A DNA stretch of 62,763 nucleotides, the filler included, from Squatina squatina (Eukaryota): the NCBI GenBank assembly GCA_031763465.1. It is 4 parts of 4 records of this genome, joined end to end, with 100 filler letters (N's around TTAATTAATTAA, not from the genome) between each part and the next. Parts side by side here need not be neighbours in the genome. Positions count along the whole stretch, not along the records: positions 34,630 to 49,419 come from JARFOE010000194.1; positions 49,520 to 62,763 come from JARFOE010000100.1; 2 more parts are not named here. One strand, written 5' to 3'. Of the stretch, positions 38,431 to 50,519 are shown one piece after another. The position numbers were made by a program, and so were the translations under genes. How positions within the stretch are numbered: position 1 is the stretch's first letter; every line of letters starts with the position of its first letter. The notes beneath the pieces were generated by a model. It was not told the origin of the DNA. It saw only the letters and a list, made by a program, of their open reading frames with translations, and did not search any database.

Positions 38431-38854
38431 GTTGCACCCAAATGTCTTGCTAGAATGTTCTGGAGTGGGCCAAGAGTGCGACCACTGAGTCGAGGTGATG
38501 TCGACATGAGCGAGCAGATATTGATGGGTATCAGTGCTGGAGGAAGAGAAGGGGANNNNNNNNNNNNNNNNNNNNNNNNNNNNNNNNNNNNNNNNNNNNN
38601 NNNNNNNNNNNNNNNNNNNNNNNNNNNNNNNNNNNNNNNNNNNNNNNNNNNNNNNGGCATCTTATTAACTTCAATGGACATAAAAATGTAAAACAGGCTG
38701 CCAACTCACCATCACCCATGTTGCACTATCAGACAAAGCCAAAATTACTCTTAGTGAGTCCCATTATATAGTGTTATTAAATAATATTCATTATGGGACA
38801 TGCAGGACTCTTATCCACATAGTTATTTACAGCCAGAGCTATTGTATACATAGC

Positions 38855-39120
38855 ATATCCTGTTATATATACATTCCTAGCTGTTATACACAGTCAGTCC
38901 TGTTATACACCACCAACCCTGGGGTCCCGTGCAGCCGCGCATGCGTGGTATTTTGAATGGGCCACACAGCCCCTTAAAGGGGCTGCGCGGCCTGAAAGAA
39001 AATTACAGGGAACATTGACCACCACTCCTGTTATGCACCACTACTCTTGCTATATAGCACAAGTTCTGTTACACACAACCACTTCAGCTATACACCACCA
39101 CTCCTGTTCTATACATCGCC
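38855..39120 (+). repeat. Degenerate ~21-bp minisatellite interrupted by a hAT-like fragment (~38915-39017)
   Basis: Repeats of ctcctgttatacaccacca on both sides of a GC-rich insert ending cagggaacattg. Confidence 0.6.
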
Positions 39121-39139
39121 AGTCTGATTAGATAGAAAG

Positions 39140-39240
39140 CAAAAAAAGATTTGCATTCATATAGCGCCTTTCACGACTCCAAAGTGCTTTACAGCCAATG
39201 AAGTACTTTTTAAAGTATAGTCACTGTTGCAATGTAGGAA
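39140..39240 (-). mobile_element. DeuSINE 3' tail
   Basis: ttgcattcatatagcgcctttcacgac...aaagtgctttacagccaatgaagtac. Confidence 0.85.
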
Positions 39241-39873
39241 TGTAGTGATGTAGTGATGTAGGTTCCATGTTTGCATCTTCCCTGAATTGCAGGTAGAAGA
39301 TTCCATGAAATATGTTAATTCTGAAAAGCTCTCTTTTACGAAACATATCTCTGAGGTTATCAATCACAAGTGAAGAGCCGTGAGTGAGGAACGGAACAAT
39401 AAGTGGCAGCAGATGGTGAGTGGATAAGAACCAGGTGGTGTTATGCTGACTCGAGCCTCATAATAAAAACACTGTTTATTGTGCTTTTTGCTTTAAAAGC
39501 CTTCGACATAAAAGTCTTTAAAATGTAGATCAAAGATCAAGGTGAAGAGATTGGTTTCCGCCCCAGTGTGCCTGAGGTAGTGCTTTGCTCCCATTCTGTT
39601 TATTTCTAACTTGTGCCTCTGACGTTTGGTTTTAAAACCATTCCATTAACCCTGGTTATAGGTCAGCTGCAGTGTACAGTACAGCGAGCAATGTGCCAGG
39701 GTCGTGTTAAAGCTTGACGGAGCCCAGGGCAGCTGAGCCAGCACATTTTGTGTCTCCTTGATGTGCCGAATTGTAATAGCAATGTCCTGATCCCCATTGT
39801 CCATGATTGATTAAACCCGTCTGCTGGAAGTAATATGATCTTACTGTTATAAAACGGAACAATCTGTATCAGA

Positions 39874-40258
39874 GTGTCAGCTGTGGCTCAGAGGGTAGCA
39901 CCCACACCCCTGAGTCAAGAAGGTTGTGGGTTCGAGTCCCACTCCAGAGACTCGAACACAAATTCAAAGCTGACACTCCAGTGCTATACTATCAGAGATG
40001 CCATCTTTCAGATGAGCATTAAGCCAAGGCCCAGCCTGCCCACTCAGGTGGGCACAGAAGATTCCATGGCACTGTTTATCCCTCAACCACCATCCCTAAA
40101 AACAGATGATCTGGTTATTATCTTACAGCTTGCTGTGGGCAAATTGGCTGTGTTTCCTACATTACAACAGTGACTACACTTCAAAAATAGTTCATTGTCT
40201 GTAAAGCGTTTTGGGATGTTCTGAGAATGTGAAAGGTGCTATCTCAATGCAAGTCTTT
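39874..40258 (+). mobile_element. Near full-length DeuSINE
   Basis: A box tggctcagagg, B box ggttcgagtccc, Deu body and tail. Confidence 0.9.
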
Positions 40259-40389
40259 GTTCAACACGTACTTTCACACTCAGCTTTCAGAAGTGTGGCA
40301 CCATAGGGACTCCCCCTACTGCGGGTCTCCCATTCACATTTCCAGACAAAAGAGGACAAGTCTGGAGGAAAAGACCCATAAACCAGTGA

Positions 40390-40877
40390 GGGACAGAAAT
40401 TCATTCAGGCCCCATTGGGGTGCTTATGGGGTGGGAACCGGCATTTCTTGTGCTGGCTCCCGCCTCGCCCGCCGCTGACTTCTTGTTCCAGGGCGGGAGT
40501 GAACCGTAGCGTGCTCCCGTCCAGAACCGGGGCGGCGGGTGGCTGGCCTTGAATGTTGCTGGCGTGGCCTCAGCACCACGCTAGCGACGGCATTTGCACC
40601 GCATCAGCGGTGACGTCAGGAGCACTGCCAGGCCTCCCTTAAAAGGGAGGGCCGCCGGCCATCCTGACAGCACCAGATGGCCTGACACTGGGATGCCGGC
40701 GACCGGGCCACCAGCCTGGCATGCCAGTCAGCGTGCAAGGTGAGGGGATGGTGGCCCAATCTGGCCGTTGGCCGACAAATTAAGATGGTGGCCTCAGGCA
40801 CACAGGCTCTCCATTTTAAGACGGCCGAAGCAGAGACAGGTGCTAATGGGACACAACAGGAGATGAATTTCTAACCC
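40390..40877. mobile_element. MITE with 14-bp TIRs and 3-bp TSD (PIF/Harbinger)
   Basis: TIRs gggacagaaattca / tgaatttctaaccc (12/14), with a perfect TGA duplication at 40387-40389 and 40878-40880. Confidence 0.8.
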
Positions 40878-41039
40878 TGAATATCTGGTCATCATCAAAT
40901 TGCTGTTTGTGCGAGCTTGCTGTGCACACATGTCCTACATTATAACAGCGACTGCACTGAAGTCAATTGAGAGTAATATTGGGCGGAGTGTAAAACCGAT
41001 GGTTTCTCATCCAGTGACCTCGGTTAACATTCCCACAAA

Positions 41040-41105
41040 CATCAGCTGTGTTAATCTCTCCACAGGTGCTGCCTGGCCTGCTGAGTGTTCCCTGCACTTT
41101 CTGTC
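41040..41105 (+). mobile_element. Penelope terminal-repeat fragment
   Basis: ctctccacaggtgctgcctggcctgctgagtg. Related ends at 3991-4020, 45745-45862 and 55117-55182. Confidence 0.55.
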
Positions 41106-42289
41106 ATCAGGAAACACATTAACTGGTCACATATCTCATTGTTATTTATGGGATTGCTGCTGCTGCAGGATATTTCCCTGCACAGCGTACAAGAGTAATT
41201 CTCAGTATGAATCCTTTCGCAATGACTAAGAATGATATACGTACAAGTATTATAGTTACTACTGGAGCTGAAAAAGCAAAGATCAGACATCTTGGTTCAC
41301 CTCTGGAGTTAATGGCATGCATTAAAATTTAACTGTCTGTATAATCTTCCCAAATATAGGGATCTTCTTATGACAATATATTTTTTCATGGTCATGGAAC
41401 AAGCTGGCCATAATAGTCCTCGTTTGTATGTAAACAACAATACATAAGAGCACAAGAATTAATACCTTAAATTGAGTGAACAGATTATACTTTATAGGAG
41501 GGTGATCACATATCAGAAATATTTCCATAAATCTCTCAGATTAGAGAGTACTGTCAAATGATATAGCATTAGGNNNNNNNNNNNNNNNNNNNNNNNNNNN
41601 NNNNNNNNNNNNNNNNNNNNNNNNNNNNNNNNNNNNNNNNNNNNNNNNNNNNNNNNNNNNNNNNNNNNNNNNNAAGGAGGCCATTCAGCCCATCATGTCT
41701 GTGCTGTGCTTTGACCAACTTGGTCCTTGTGCCAAACATATTATTAAATGGCCCTGTTGAAGAAGAAGAGCTGCATTGAGAGAAGGTTAGTGAGCTGCAG
41801 AGCGCAGGTATCAAAGAGAGTGGCATGGAGTGATTGGTGAGGCACAGTACAGAGAGACGGAGTAAGGCACTTGGGGAAATGCACTGGGGCACAGTGCAAT
41901 AGATCAAAAACGGCGCTGAGAGATTTGTGTGGGATGATGCAAGGGTTAACGATAGCAGTACTGAAAGAAAGCTACGAGCACAAAGTTAACCAAGAGATTG
42001 GCGCCAAGACATGAATGGAACTCAAGGAGTGAAAAGGAATAATGCTCAGAAAAGGGTCATGCGCTTAATGCCAGAGAGACTAAAGACAGAAAGTAAGTAG
42101 GGTAGAATGAAGGGGTGATAAGGGTTAAGATGGAAAGAAAGCTATGTCAAAGATGGATAATAGAAAATGAATGAATGGAACACAGAGCAGGGGGTAAAAG
42201 AAATTAAGAGACAGAAAAGGATCATGGAGCAGGAAGATTAAAGTGAAAAGCATGAAGAGAAGGTTAGTGGGACACAATGAAGTTAGTGA

Positions 42290-42742
42290 ATGCAATTAGT
42301 ACTGAGAGGGCTAGTGAGGCATATGTTGTAAGTGTAAAGGGATTAGCACTGAGAGGGCTAGTGAGGTACAGGCAGGGGTGAAAGGGATTGGCACTGAGAG
42401 AGGGTTAGTGAGGTACAGGCAAGTGAAATATATTGGCCCCGTGAAAGGGCTTGTGAGGCACAGATAGTGGGTGAAACGCTTGGCTACCAAATTATTTTAG
42501 CACATCTAGGGATTGTCATCAAGAGAGGGTATTGAGACAAACCTAGGGGTGAAAGCAATTAGCACTGGAAAAGGAACAGTGAGAGACAGGTAGGGGTAAA
42601 TTGGATAAGCACCAAAAGAGGCCTCTTAAGGTACATGTAGGGAAATGAAAGGGATTGGCATCAGGACCTTACAGAGGCACATCTAGGGGGTGAAAGTGAT
42701 TGGCTCAGGGAGAAGCTTAGTGAGGCACAGAAAGGGGCGAAT
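42290..42742 (+). repeat. Degenerate purine-rich minisatellite, ~45-bp unit, ~10 copies
   Basis: Recurring gtgaaagggattggcactgagagggctagtgaggcacaggtagggg variants. Confidence 0.8.
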
Positions 42743-43099
42743 GCTTGTTAAATAGGCACTGTTTGCTGAGCAAGGACCTGGCACAGGATAAAAACAGCTG
42801 CATCAAACCTTTCTTTGCATGGAAAGACAAAAAACAAAAATCTAAACAGACAAGGATTGAAGAGAATGAAAGGCAAAGAAAATAGAATTATCACAGACAA
42901 CAAAGGATTATGTGACGACAATTGCTCTTTCAATAGTAGATTTGTTTTTCATCTGGCATGACATCAGAACAATTTTATCATCTAATAAAGGAAGGGGCTA
43001 ACTTTATAAAATTAGAGTTTTGAAGATAGTGAAGAGTAAACACAACTTCCTTTGTCTTAGTAAAGCCGTAAAGGTATACAAAACTGAATAGTTCTTTTG

Positions 43100-43345
43100 T
43101 CAATGAGTCTTCATCCTGGAAACAACTAACTTGGTATACCTTAAACCTTTTACTAACATAGTTCAGCCTGTGGACATTAAACCCATAATGAACCTCATGC
43201 ATAATAATCCCATCATTAACACAACTAATCCCGAGCATAAAAACCTCTGGCAATTTAATCCAATGTAAAATGAAACCATTTTTAAGATAACTAACCCTGC
43301 ATACAATAATCCCATCACTAACCCTGTGCACCATAAATCCATAAT
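43100..43345 (+). repeat. Degenerate A/C-rich tandem repeat
   Basis: Recurring actaaccctg...cataataatcccat units of ~25-35 bp. Confidence 0.55.
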
Positions 43346-43346
43346 G

Positions 43347-44080
43347 CTACTACTTTCATATGATGGGAAAAGCTCATAATGGGATGATGAGTTTGGCTAT
43401 CCATTCGATGGCCTCCTGAGATGCCAAGTGCAGAGATGAGGTGCCTCCGGCAACAGTTCTTAGCGGGCAGGTTGGTGTGATGTGCTCCAAGGCCTGGGAC
43501 TCATGGCCACAGTCGCACTTCGGGTGGTCCCTCATCTTCCACTTGTGGAGCGTGTGACCGGATTGTCCGTGCCCTGTGCGGATTGGGTTGAGCGCTGCCC
43601 ACTGTCTTCGAGGGAGGTCGAAGCCAGGGGCCTCTGCAGTCGGGTCGGTGGTGAGGTGTCGGTTCTCTAGGTTGCACGCATCCCACGATTCCGGCCATCT
43701 GGATACTGGATTGGTACCAGCTGTGTGAATACTGGCTGCTGTTTCCCAGAATGGCCGGTGTGATTTTAAGCGCTTTCATGGTGAGATTTTCAAGCCTTGG
43801 TGATCGGGAAGGTTGGCGTTGGTCATGATTTGTTCCATCTCACGGCGCTCAGTGGCGTCGCAGTGAATGGCAGATGGGGCAATGTGGGACAGCACCGAGA
43901 GCCAGTCAGTTGGAGTGCACTTGAGCATCCCGGACACCACCCTCATGGCGGTGTTTAGCTGCATGTCCACGATCTTTGTGTAGTGGCTGCAGGAGCAGGA
44001 GCAGTAACTTCGGTCTACTGTTGCGGGGCGAAGTGTTCTTGCAGTGCTCCCCCATGATGTTACAGTGAGTTTCTTGCCAG
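43347..44080 (-). mobile_element. Ingi/Vingi-clade LINE 3' end (degenerate)
   Basis: QLNTAMRVVSGMLKCTPTDWLSVLSHIAP, then IRTGHGQSGHTLHKWKMRDHPKCDCGHESQALEHITPTCPLR (CCHC knuckle)...EAIEWIAKLIIPL* (stop 43374-43376); short 3' UTR. Confidence 0.8.
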
Positions 44081-44329
44081 TTGATGACAGCCTACATGTG
44101 GCCTCCCTGTGCTTGCTAGTTCACTGAGAACCCAACAGCTAATGTCATCAATAAGACGGCAATGCTCCCAAAAACAGTCTCCCAGTTTGGAAAGCTTGAA
44201 AGCATAAACCCATAATGAGAGTAACTAACCAGCGAAACTAACGTAGCGTAGCACTATGGAACGTACCTATCAGCAAAGACCCAGGCTTTATATTAGACCA
44301 AGATTTGGGGAATCCCAGTCCAGGCATCT

Positions 44330-44610
44330 CGGCATAGTCCTCCTTACTGACATGCAAGGGTGTGTCCAAGTTGAGAGAGTCTGTCCCACTAGCAGAATAG
44401 ACACACCAGAGGAGACGGCACAATGGTATACAATCAGGAGGGGGTGGCCTTGGGAGTCTTCAACATTGACTTCAAGTCATGGCTTCAAGTCATGGCTTCA
44501 AGTCCAACATGGGCAAGGAAATTTCCTGCTGATTAACACCTACTGCCCTCCTTCCGCTGATGAATCAGTACTCCTACATATTGAACACCACTTGGACGAA
44601 GCACTGAGGG
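44330..44610 (+). mobile_element. APE endonuclease fragment of a non-LTR retrotransposon
   Basis: SWLQVQHGQGNFLLINTYCPPSADESVLLHIEHHLDEALR, containing a Y-x-P-P APE motif. Confidence 0.75.
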
Positions 44611-46457
44611 NNNNNNNNNNNNNNNNNNNNNNNNNNNNNNNNNNNNNNNNNNNNNNNNNNNNNNNNNNNNNNNNNNNNNNNNNNNNNNNNNNNNNNNNNN
44701 NNNNNNNNNNCCTTTCGTTGCTTAATGAGGCTTGAGGGAGCCCAGCCCTTGGAGGGAAATATATAGAAGGGGCAGGAGACAGGACGAGTCTGTGGTAAAC
44801 TAAAAAAAGTGGTAAGGACAAGAACCAAACAGGATGTGAAAGCAGGTGTCGCCTCATCCTGAGTAACAGCAGTAAAGCTTCGATTCCTGTCAAAGATGAA
44901 AACAGACATAATAAGGGAATAATCCTTTGGGATTTTCTGAGGCACGAAGGCCGCAGTGAAATTGGCCTTTAATTTTGCACTTTAATATCCCAATAATTCT
45001 ACTCTTCAGCAAGCTTTCAAGCTCAGGATGCTTCTGTGTCACTTTTACCTGCAAGCGGCAACATTGTGAAATAAACCAAATCCTTGACTTTTTAATGAAC
45101 TCGGTGCTATTTGCTTTCGGACTAACGTCGAGCCTCGCCTTTGCCTCCACCTTGCGCCTCCAGCAAAAGCAGATACACTTAAGTTCGAGTGTGAAACCGG
45201 CGGGGACTTAAAAAGTTAACAGAAACAGATGGCCGAGACTGTGCAAAATAGGCCCGGAACAGGTCAGCCTGCAGCTAAGCACACAGAAATCCTTCCAGAT
45301 GCTCAGCCCATTGTACCATTTCCCAGAAACGTTGGGGCCTCTCAAAACCTGAAGTGAGTTGAAGGGGGAGGGGAGCTCGCAGGCAAGCAAGTTGGCAATG
45401 ATTTGACATTTTCTGGCTGGAACAGAAGAAAGAAAGTTGCGTTGGGTTCAGCTTTCGAGCTGCCATAGATGCACCTTAGCCAAGTCCATAGCAGTGTGAA
45501 CTATCCATTGTGACAGCGTTTTGGCGGAAGGGTTTACTGGGCCTTGGCTAGAACTGGTCTTTCGTCAACTGGGATGAATGAGGTCACCTGAGTTCTTGAG
45601 TTAACCAATCGTTGCCTTATTTTTTGTACCTAACCTACTTAGCNNNNNNNNNNNNNNNNNNNNNNNNNNNNNNNNNNNNNNNNNNNNNNNNNNNNNNNNN
45701 NNNNNNNNNNNNNNNNNNNNNNNNNNNNNNNNNNNNNNNNNNNACTAAGGCCTTTCATCTAAAACGCTAACCTGGCTTTCCTGGTTAGAGATGTTGATAA
45801 ACCTGCGGTGTGCTTTCAGTAGTTTTATTTCAGATGTCCACCGCTCGCATATTGTTCTTTTTACCGCTAAGGCTTTCCTTACATTTAGAGTTGGATAAAT
45901 GTCACGAAAAGCTCTTCCACATAATCTTAGTTCCCAAAGCAGCCTGTGTGCCTTCAGGCTTCCAAACAATGTAGCTCTTCATTATCTCAAAGATAAACAG
46001 CAAACAGATGTGATGCAAGAGCACAAAAGATTGGCACCAGCCCAGCCAACAGCGGCCCAACCAGTTAAGGGATAAAAGGCCTCGATTAGAACATTCTGAG
46101 ACAGTATTATCACTTTATCTCACTTACAGTTAACTTTACTTGAGCGGGACTTCAAGGGAAAACTCATTCGACGGTAAAGGTAAATGAGAATTTGATGATA
46201 TCACTAGAAGTGATTAGCTAATTGATATGGTCTAAAATTTTGGATTAAATCTGGCAATAAATCTGATTTCACAAATCAGTGATCTACATGACAAGTCACT
46301 GCACTTCAAACGCAATTGATTGCGTGATCAAGCTTTGAGAGGCTTCAACATGATAAGGCTATATACATGCAAAAGTTTTCAACACACAATGCACAGGTGT
46401 ACTTTTTAAATGTTATAACCTACCCAGTAACCCAACTGTTAAGAGCAGCATGTCAAT

Positions 46458-46553
46458 CTATTCTACTCCGAGCTTTGTCACGGCAAGCGATTACCAGGAG
46501 GGTCGAGGAAACGCTTCAAGGACGTCCTCAAAGCCCCCCTGAAAAAATGTAAC
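46458..46553 (+). mobile_element. RTE (BovB-like) LINE fragment
   Basis: LFYSELCHGKRLPGGSRKRFKDVLKAPLKKCN matches the RTE ORF C-terminal motif GxRxxGGQRKRFKDxLK. Confidence 0.8.
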
Positions 46554-47034
46554 AACCATTCAGAGGCCGGCGACTGGCCTGCACGGAACCACCAGACCAC
46601 TGTACAGCCGCATAGCTTAACGAGAACATTGCTCCCAACCCAACAGGCAGCCCAGTGTCTGGGAATAGAATATTGGATTTCCAATGCAGCAGAGATCCCA
46701 GTTTTAATAAGATATTAGACTCCCAACCACTCAGCAGCCCAAGTTCCAGCGAGCAGTAGGACAATGGAACCCCTCTCCCAGCCCGGCGAGCATCAACGCA
46801 TTGGCCTCTCAAGCAGTACCTCAAATGCACTGTTCCTCACTAAGACAGTACATTTGCCCATCTGAACTGGTCACTGTATGTTCACGTATGAGCCCACAAC
46901 AGTAAACGCAGATATGCTTTTCAACTGTGGAGGGCATCAAAACCAATGTAAATCTCACCCTTGGTCAATGTTTACACACAGGCAGGGGCTACTTGAACCT
47001 TGACCCATAGATACGGCACAGTAGGACATTCATC

Positions 47035-47110
47035 ATTCTGGGGAAGGTGGGACCTGTACAAGAAGGACGGGCTGCATCTGAACCAGAAGGGCACCAACAT
47101 CCTGGGAGGA
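47035..47110 (+). mobile_element. CR1 ORF1 SGNH/GDSL esterase fragment
   Basis: FWGRWDLYKKDGLHLNQKGTNILGG contains the DGLHLN catalytic block. Confidence 0.85.
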
Positions 47111-48275
47111 NNNNNNNNNNNNNNNNNNNNNNNNNNNNNNNNNNNNNNNNNNNNNNNNNNNNNNNNNNNNNNNNNNNNNNNNNNNNNNNNNNNNNNNNNN
47201 NNNNNNNNNNTATACTGACCATTGGTCCAATGTTTTTCATTAACAGTATTGGCAACCAATATCAAAGAGGCCAAACCCAATCTCAGCTTTCTGGCTGGTC
47301 TCATGTTTTTTTTAGTTGACAACGTGGGCCCCAGAGTGGGGCATTTGACAGAGGCACAACTTATGGGATTGTCTGGGGTGGATATCAGAACATTTTTTGG
47401 ATATTCCTTTATTAAACTTGAACGACTTATACACCCAATGCCTATTAATGAGGTCAGTGATGTTTTAAAACAAAACTGCTGCTCAAAGGATCGTGTGCAA
47501 GGTGACCCAGCTGTCCAGCTTAAGAAAAGCCTTCGGCTGAATTTCTAAATCTCTCCGACAAACAGCTCATAAATATCAGCTCCGGCCTCTCCAGCGTCAT
47601 TCCTGCTCCGACTGCTGTTCTGGAGACGGCACAGCACCAGTCCAGCGTCAGGCCGTCTATTTAAGCCCGTCTCGATGGAGATGGTTTGGCAATAAATCCT
47701 CGGCAATGCTGGTTGGACTTGTGACCAATACCCGAGAAGGCGTCTCTGCAGTAAGTCACTTCAACACAACCAGGCCTGCATCGGTGTTTCACATCAGAGG
47801 CTAGAAAAGAGGTAGAAAAGGGATAAAGAAAAATGATTTTTTTTTTAAAAAGTCAGCACCGGAGCACAAACGCAGATTCTTGGTTCTAAGTTATTGCTCT
47901 TCTGGGTCTGTAACTCTGGACAAGGAATACTTTCTCCAAGGAGGAAATGCAATATTAAAAAAAAACGCAGCTAATAAAACTCCCTCGCCAGGAGATTTCT
48001 CCGAAGGAGCACGGAATACAGGCTGGATTTTGTGTCTAGGATTTCTGAGTAAGCATCGATTTTCCCTTCTCGCTAAGTCTAACCCTGAGCACAGCCACCG
48101 AACCCCCAGAGCTCAGTTGGCAAAGTCCTCGATCGAGTCGAGGAGCAGTAGGTGTTGAGGTCCTATCCCCGTCCCCTTATCCGGGTGTGCTCACCAAGTT
48201 GCCCACATCGTCCCTGGGCTGGAGAAGGGGGAAAATATTAGCTGGAGGCTCTCTGTTTTGCACCTGACTGCTCGG

Positions 48276-48385
48276 TAGGGTTGCCAACTCTGGTTGGATG
48301 TGTTCCTGGAGATTTCATCAAATGACTTCCTGTCTCCAACTGCCCCACCCCCACCATTGGTCTACCAACAGGTCCATCCTCGCGG
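48276..48385 (+). mobile_element. hAT-type non-autonomous element, left end
   Basis: Starts tagggttgccaac; a degenerate relative (gggttgcc...gttggcaaccc) lies at 28993-29051. Confidence 0.55.
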
Positions 48386-49419
48386 NNNNNNNNNNNNNNN
48401 NNNNNNNNNNNNNNNNNNNNNNNNNNNNNNNNNNNNNNNNNNNNNNNNNNNNNNNNNNNNNNNNNNNNNNNNNNNNNNNNNNNNNGGGAAGAAAAGATAG
48501 CAATGAAGCCAGACTGAGAATACATTTGCGTGAGTGGATGATGGCATTAGCAGCGGTGAATCAATCAACAATACAGGATGAATAGCCTGGAAAATTTTAA
48601 CAAATTTGAAAATTTGGAAAAAAAAAATTGCTACATACGGGACAAGAGGTCCATTGGAACTTGCAAATCTGATTCTTCAGGATTTCCGGTACTTTAAAAA
48701 AAAATTTCTACGCCCAGCCTGAATTCCCAGTAAGATATTCGACACTTACAATTAGTAATCCAGGACAACCTTGCCACCCTCTCTGAGCTCCCAGCTGTGA
48801 CTTCCTGCATCCCTTCCCTTGAGTTGTGATCATCTCCAACACATAACATCCACTCGCACATATTAACCATCTGTGATGTAAGGTTGTGGCTGTGCAACCA
48901 TCCACCCACTGATGTGGGGAAATGACTGGTGGAACTGAGGGAAAGTTATGAAAATACCCCCACCACTGTGCAGGAAGGAAGCGTGTATTAAGCATTACTT
49001 CTAGGATTAGATCGGCCACAGTCTGGCAGGATTTCCTTTTGGACTTAAAGTCAACTTTTTCCCCCTCAGATTTCTAAGTGTAGCCAATTACTGTACCAGG
49101 ATGAATACAGATGATGCACAGAAAAGAGGCCTCTCCACCCCTCACCACACCCCACCATAAACACCCACCCACACATGCTACCTGGCCAGTTACTGTATTT
49201 CACTGAGAAACAAGCAGTTTTCAGCTGTTTCCAATGATACAAACTCTCAGCATTTGTCCTTTAATTTAGTTTTACTGATGTACATGAAACTTTTGAAGTG
49301 CCCGTATTGAAAAGAACAAGAGAGACATTTATAATCATGCCTTACCAAGCCTCTCTGAAACATCTCAAGACATTTTGCATGCAAAGAATTGCTCTGAAGT
49401 TAGGCCAGGGTACTGAGGG

Positions 49420-49519
49420 NNNNNNNNNNNNNNNNNNNNNNNNNNNNNNNNNNNNNNNNNNNNTTAATTAATTAANNNNNNNNNNNNNNNNNNNNNNNNN
49501 NNNNNNNNNNNNNNNNNNN
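49420..49519. other. Synthetic scaffold linker
   Basis: TTAATTAATTAA at 49464-49475 within Ns. Confidence 0.95.
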
Positions 49520-49731
49520 ATGCTTCTGTGTTATTGCTATTAGCCTGGGACATAGGAAAACCAAGCAAGGTGAAAGGGAGAAAAGCACTTTGAAAGGAGA
49601 GTGCCCTCTCATTTGCTTTTCTGTTCTGCATGTTCACTCTCAGTTGCTATCCTTGTTTCAAGGAAGATGGAAGGCAGAAACAAAAGTGAAAGTAAGAGTA
49701 CATTTTAAAAAGAGTAGAATGAATAGAGAAT

Positions 49732-50462
49732 GGTCCATAATTTGTGGTCCTTATGGATGCATGCGAAGTGAATACGCGCCCGTAAGGGTCAGGCAAGGTC
49801 CATGTTTTGCGCCCAAAGCGCGTGCGCGAAAACACGGAACTTGCAATTTGTCTTGACCAACCCAATGCATCCCCAGAAAAAGGGTATTCGCGGGCGGAGA
49901 TTTGAGCTATTTGCCCAGCAAATGCCTGTAAAATTCTTACACCTGGTAGAAGCAGGCATAAGGCCTGCTTTTACTAGATAAGGGTTTTTAAAAAACATTT
50001 TTTTCAATCATTTGTACATTTAAAAAAAAGTTGCAATAAAGTAAGTTTATTTTTAGCCCCTTTAAAACATTTAAATTTATTTTTCAAAAAATTGTTTTAT
50101 TTTTGAATATTTAATTAAATTGCATTTTAATTAAATTTAAGTATGCAATTTTTAAAAAATTTATTTGATGTGTCGATCTACTTTTTGGGGTATTCTCATT
50201 CATGCTTAAGGGGTTTTGTACATACAGAATCCCCATAAGCATGAATGTGGATTCCTTTTTATTGGTTGGGTTGGCTCATGTGATCCTAGGGGCGCTTGCA
50301 AACTGCGTACGCCTCTGAGATATGTGGGCCTCTACTCACAGGTACCCGGAGAGACCCAGGATTGCGAATCTCCATACCTCCCGGACCACCAGGTATGCCG
50401 ACATTTTATTTGTGGATCGGAGGCATTTCCCCGCGAGAAGCCTCCGACCGCAAATTTGGGCC
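49732..50462. mobile_element. MITE, PIF/Harbinger-like, with AT-rich core and internal hairpin
   Basis: TIRs ggtccataatttgtggtc / gaccgcaaatttgggcc, flanks aat and att; hairpin ctggtagaagcaggc-ataag-gcctgcttttactag at ~49944-49978. Confidence 0.7.
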
Positions 50463-50519
50463 ATTACAGAAGGGAGAGAGTTGTGGAAATGTTGCAGATC
50501 AGGTCTGAAGCATTAAAGG

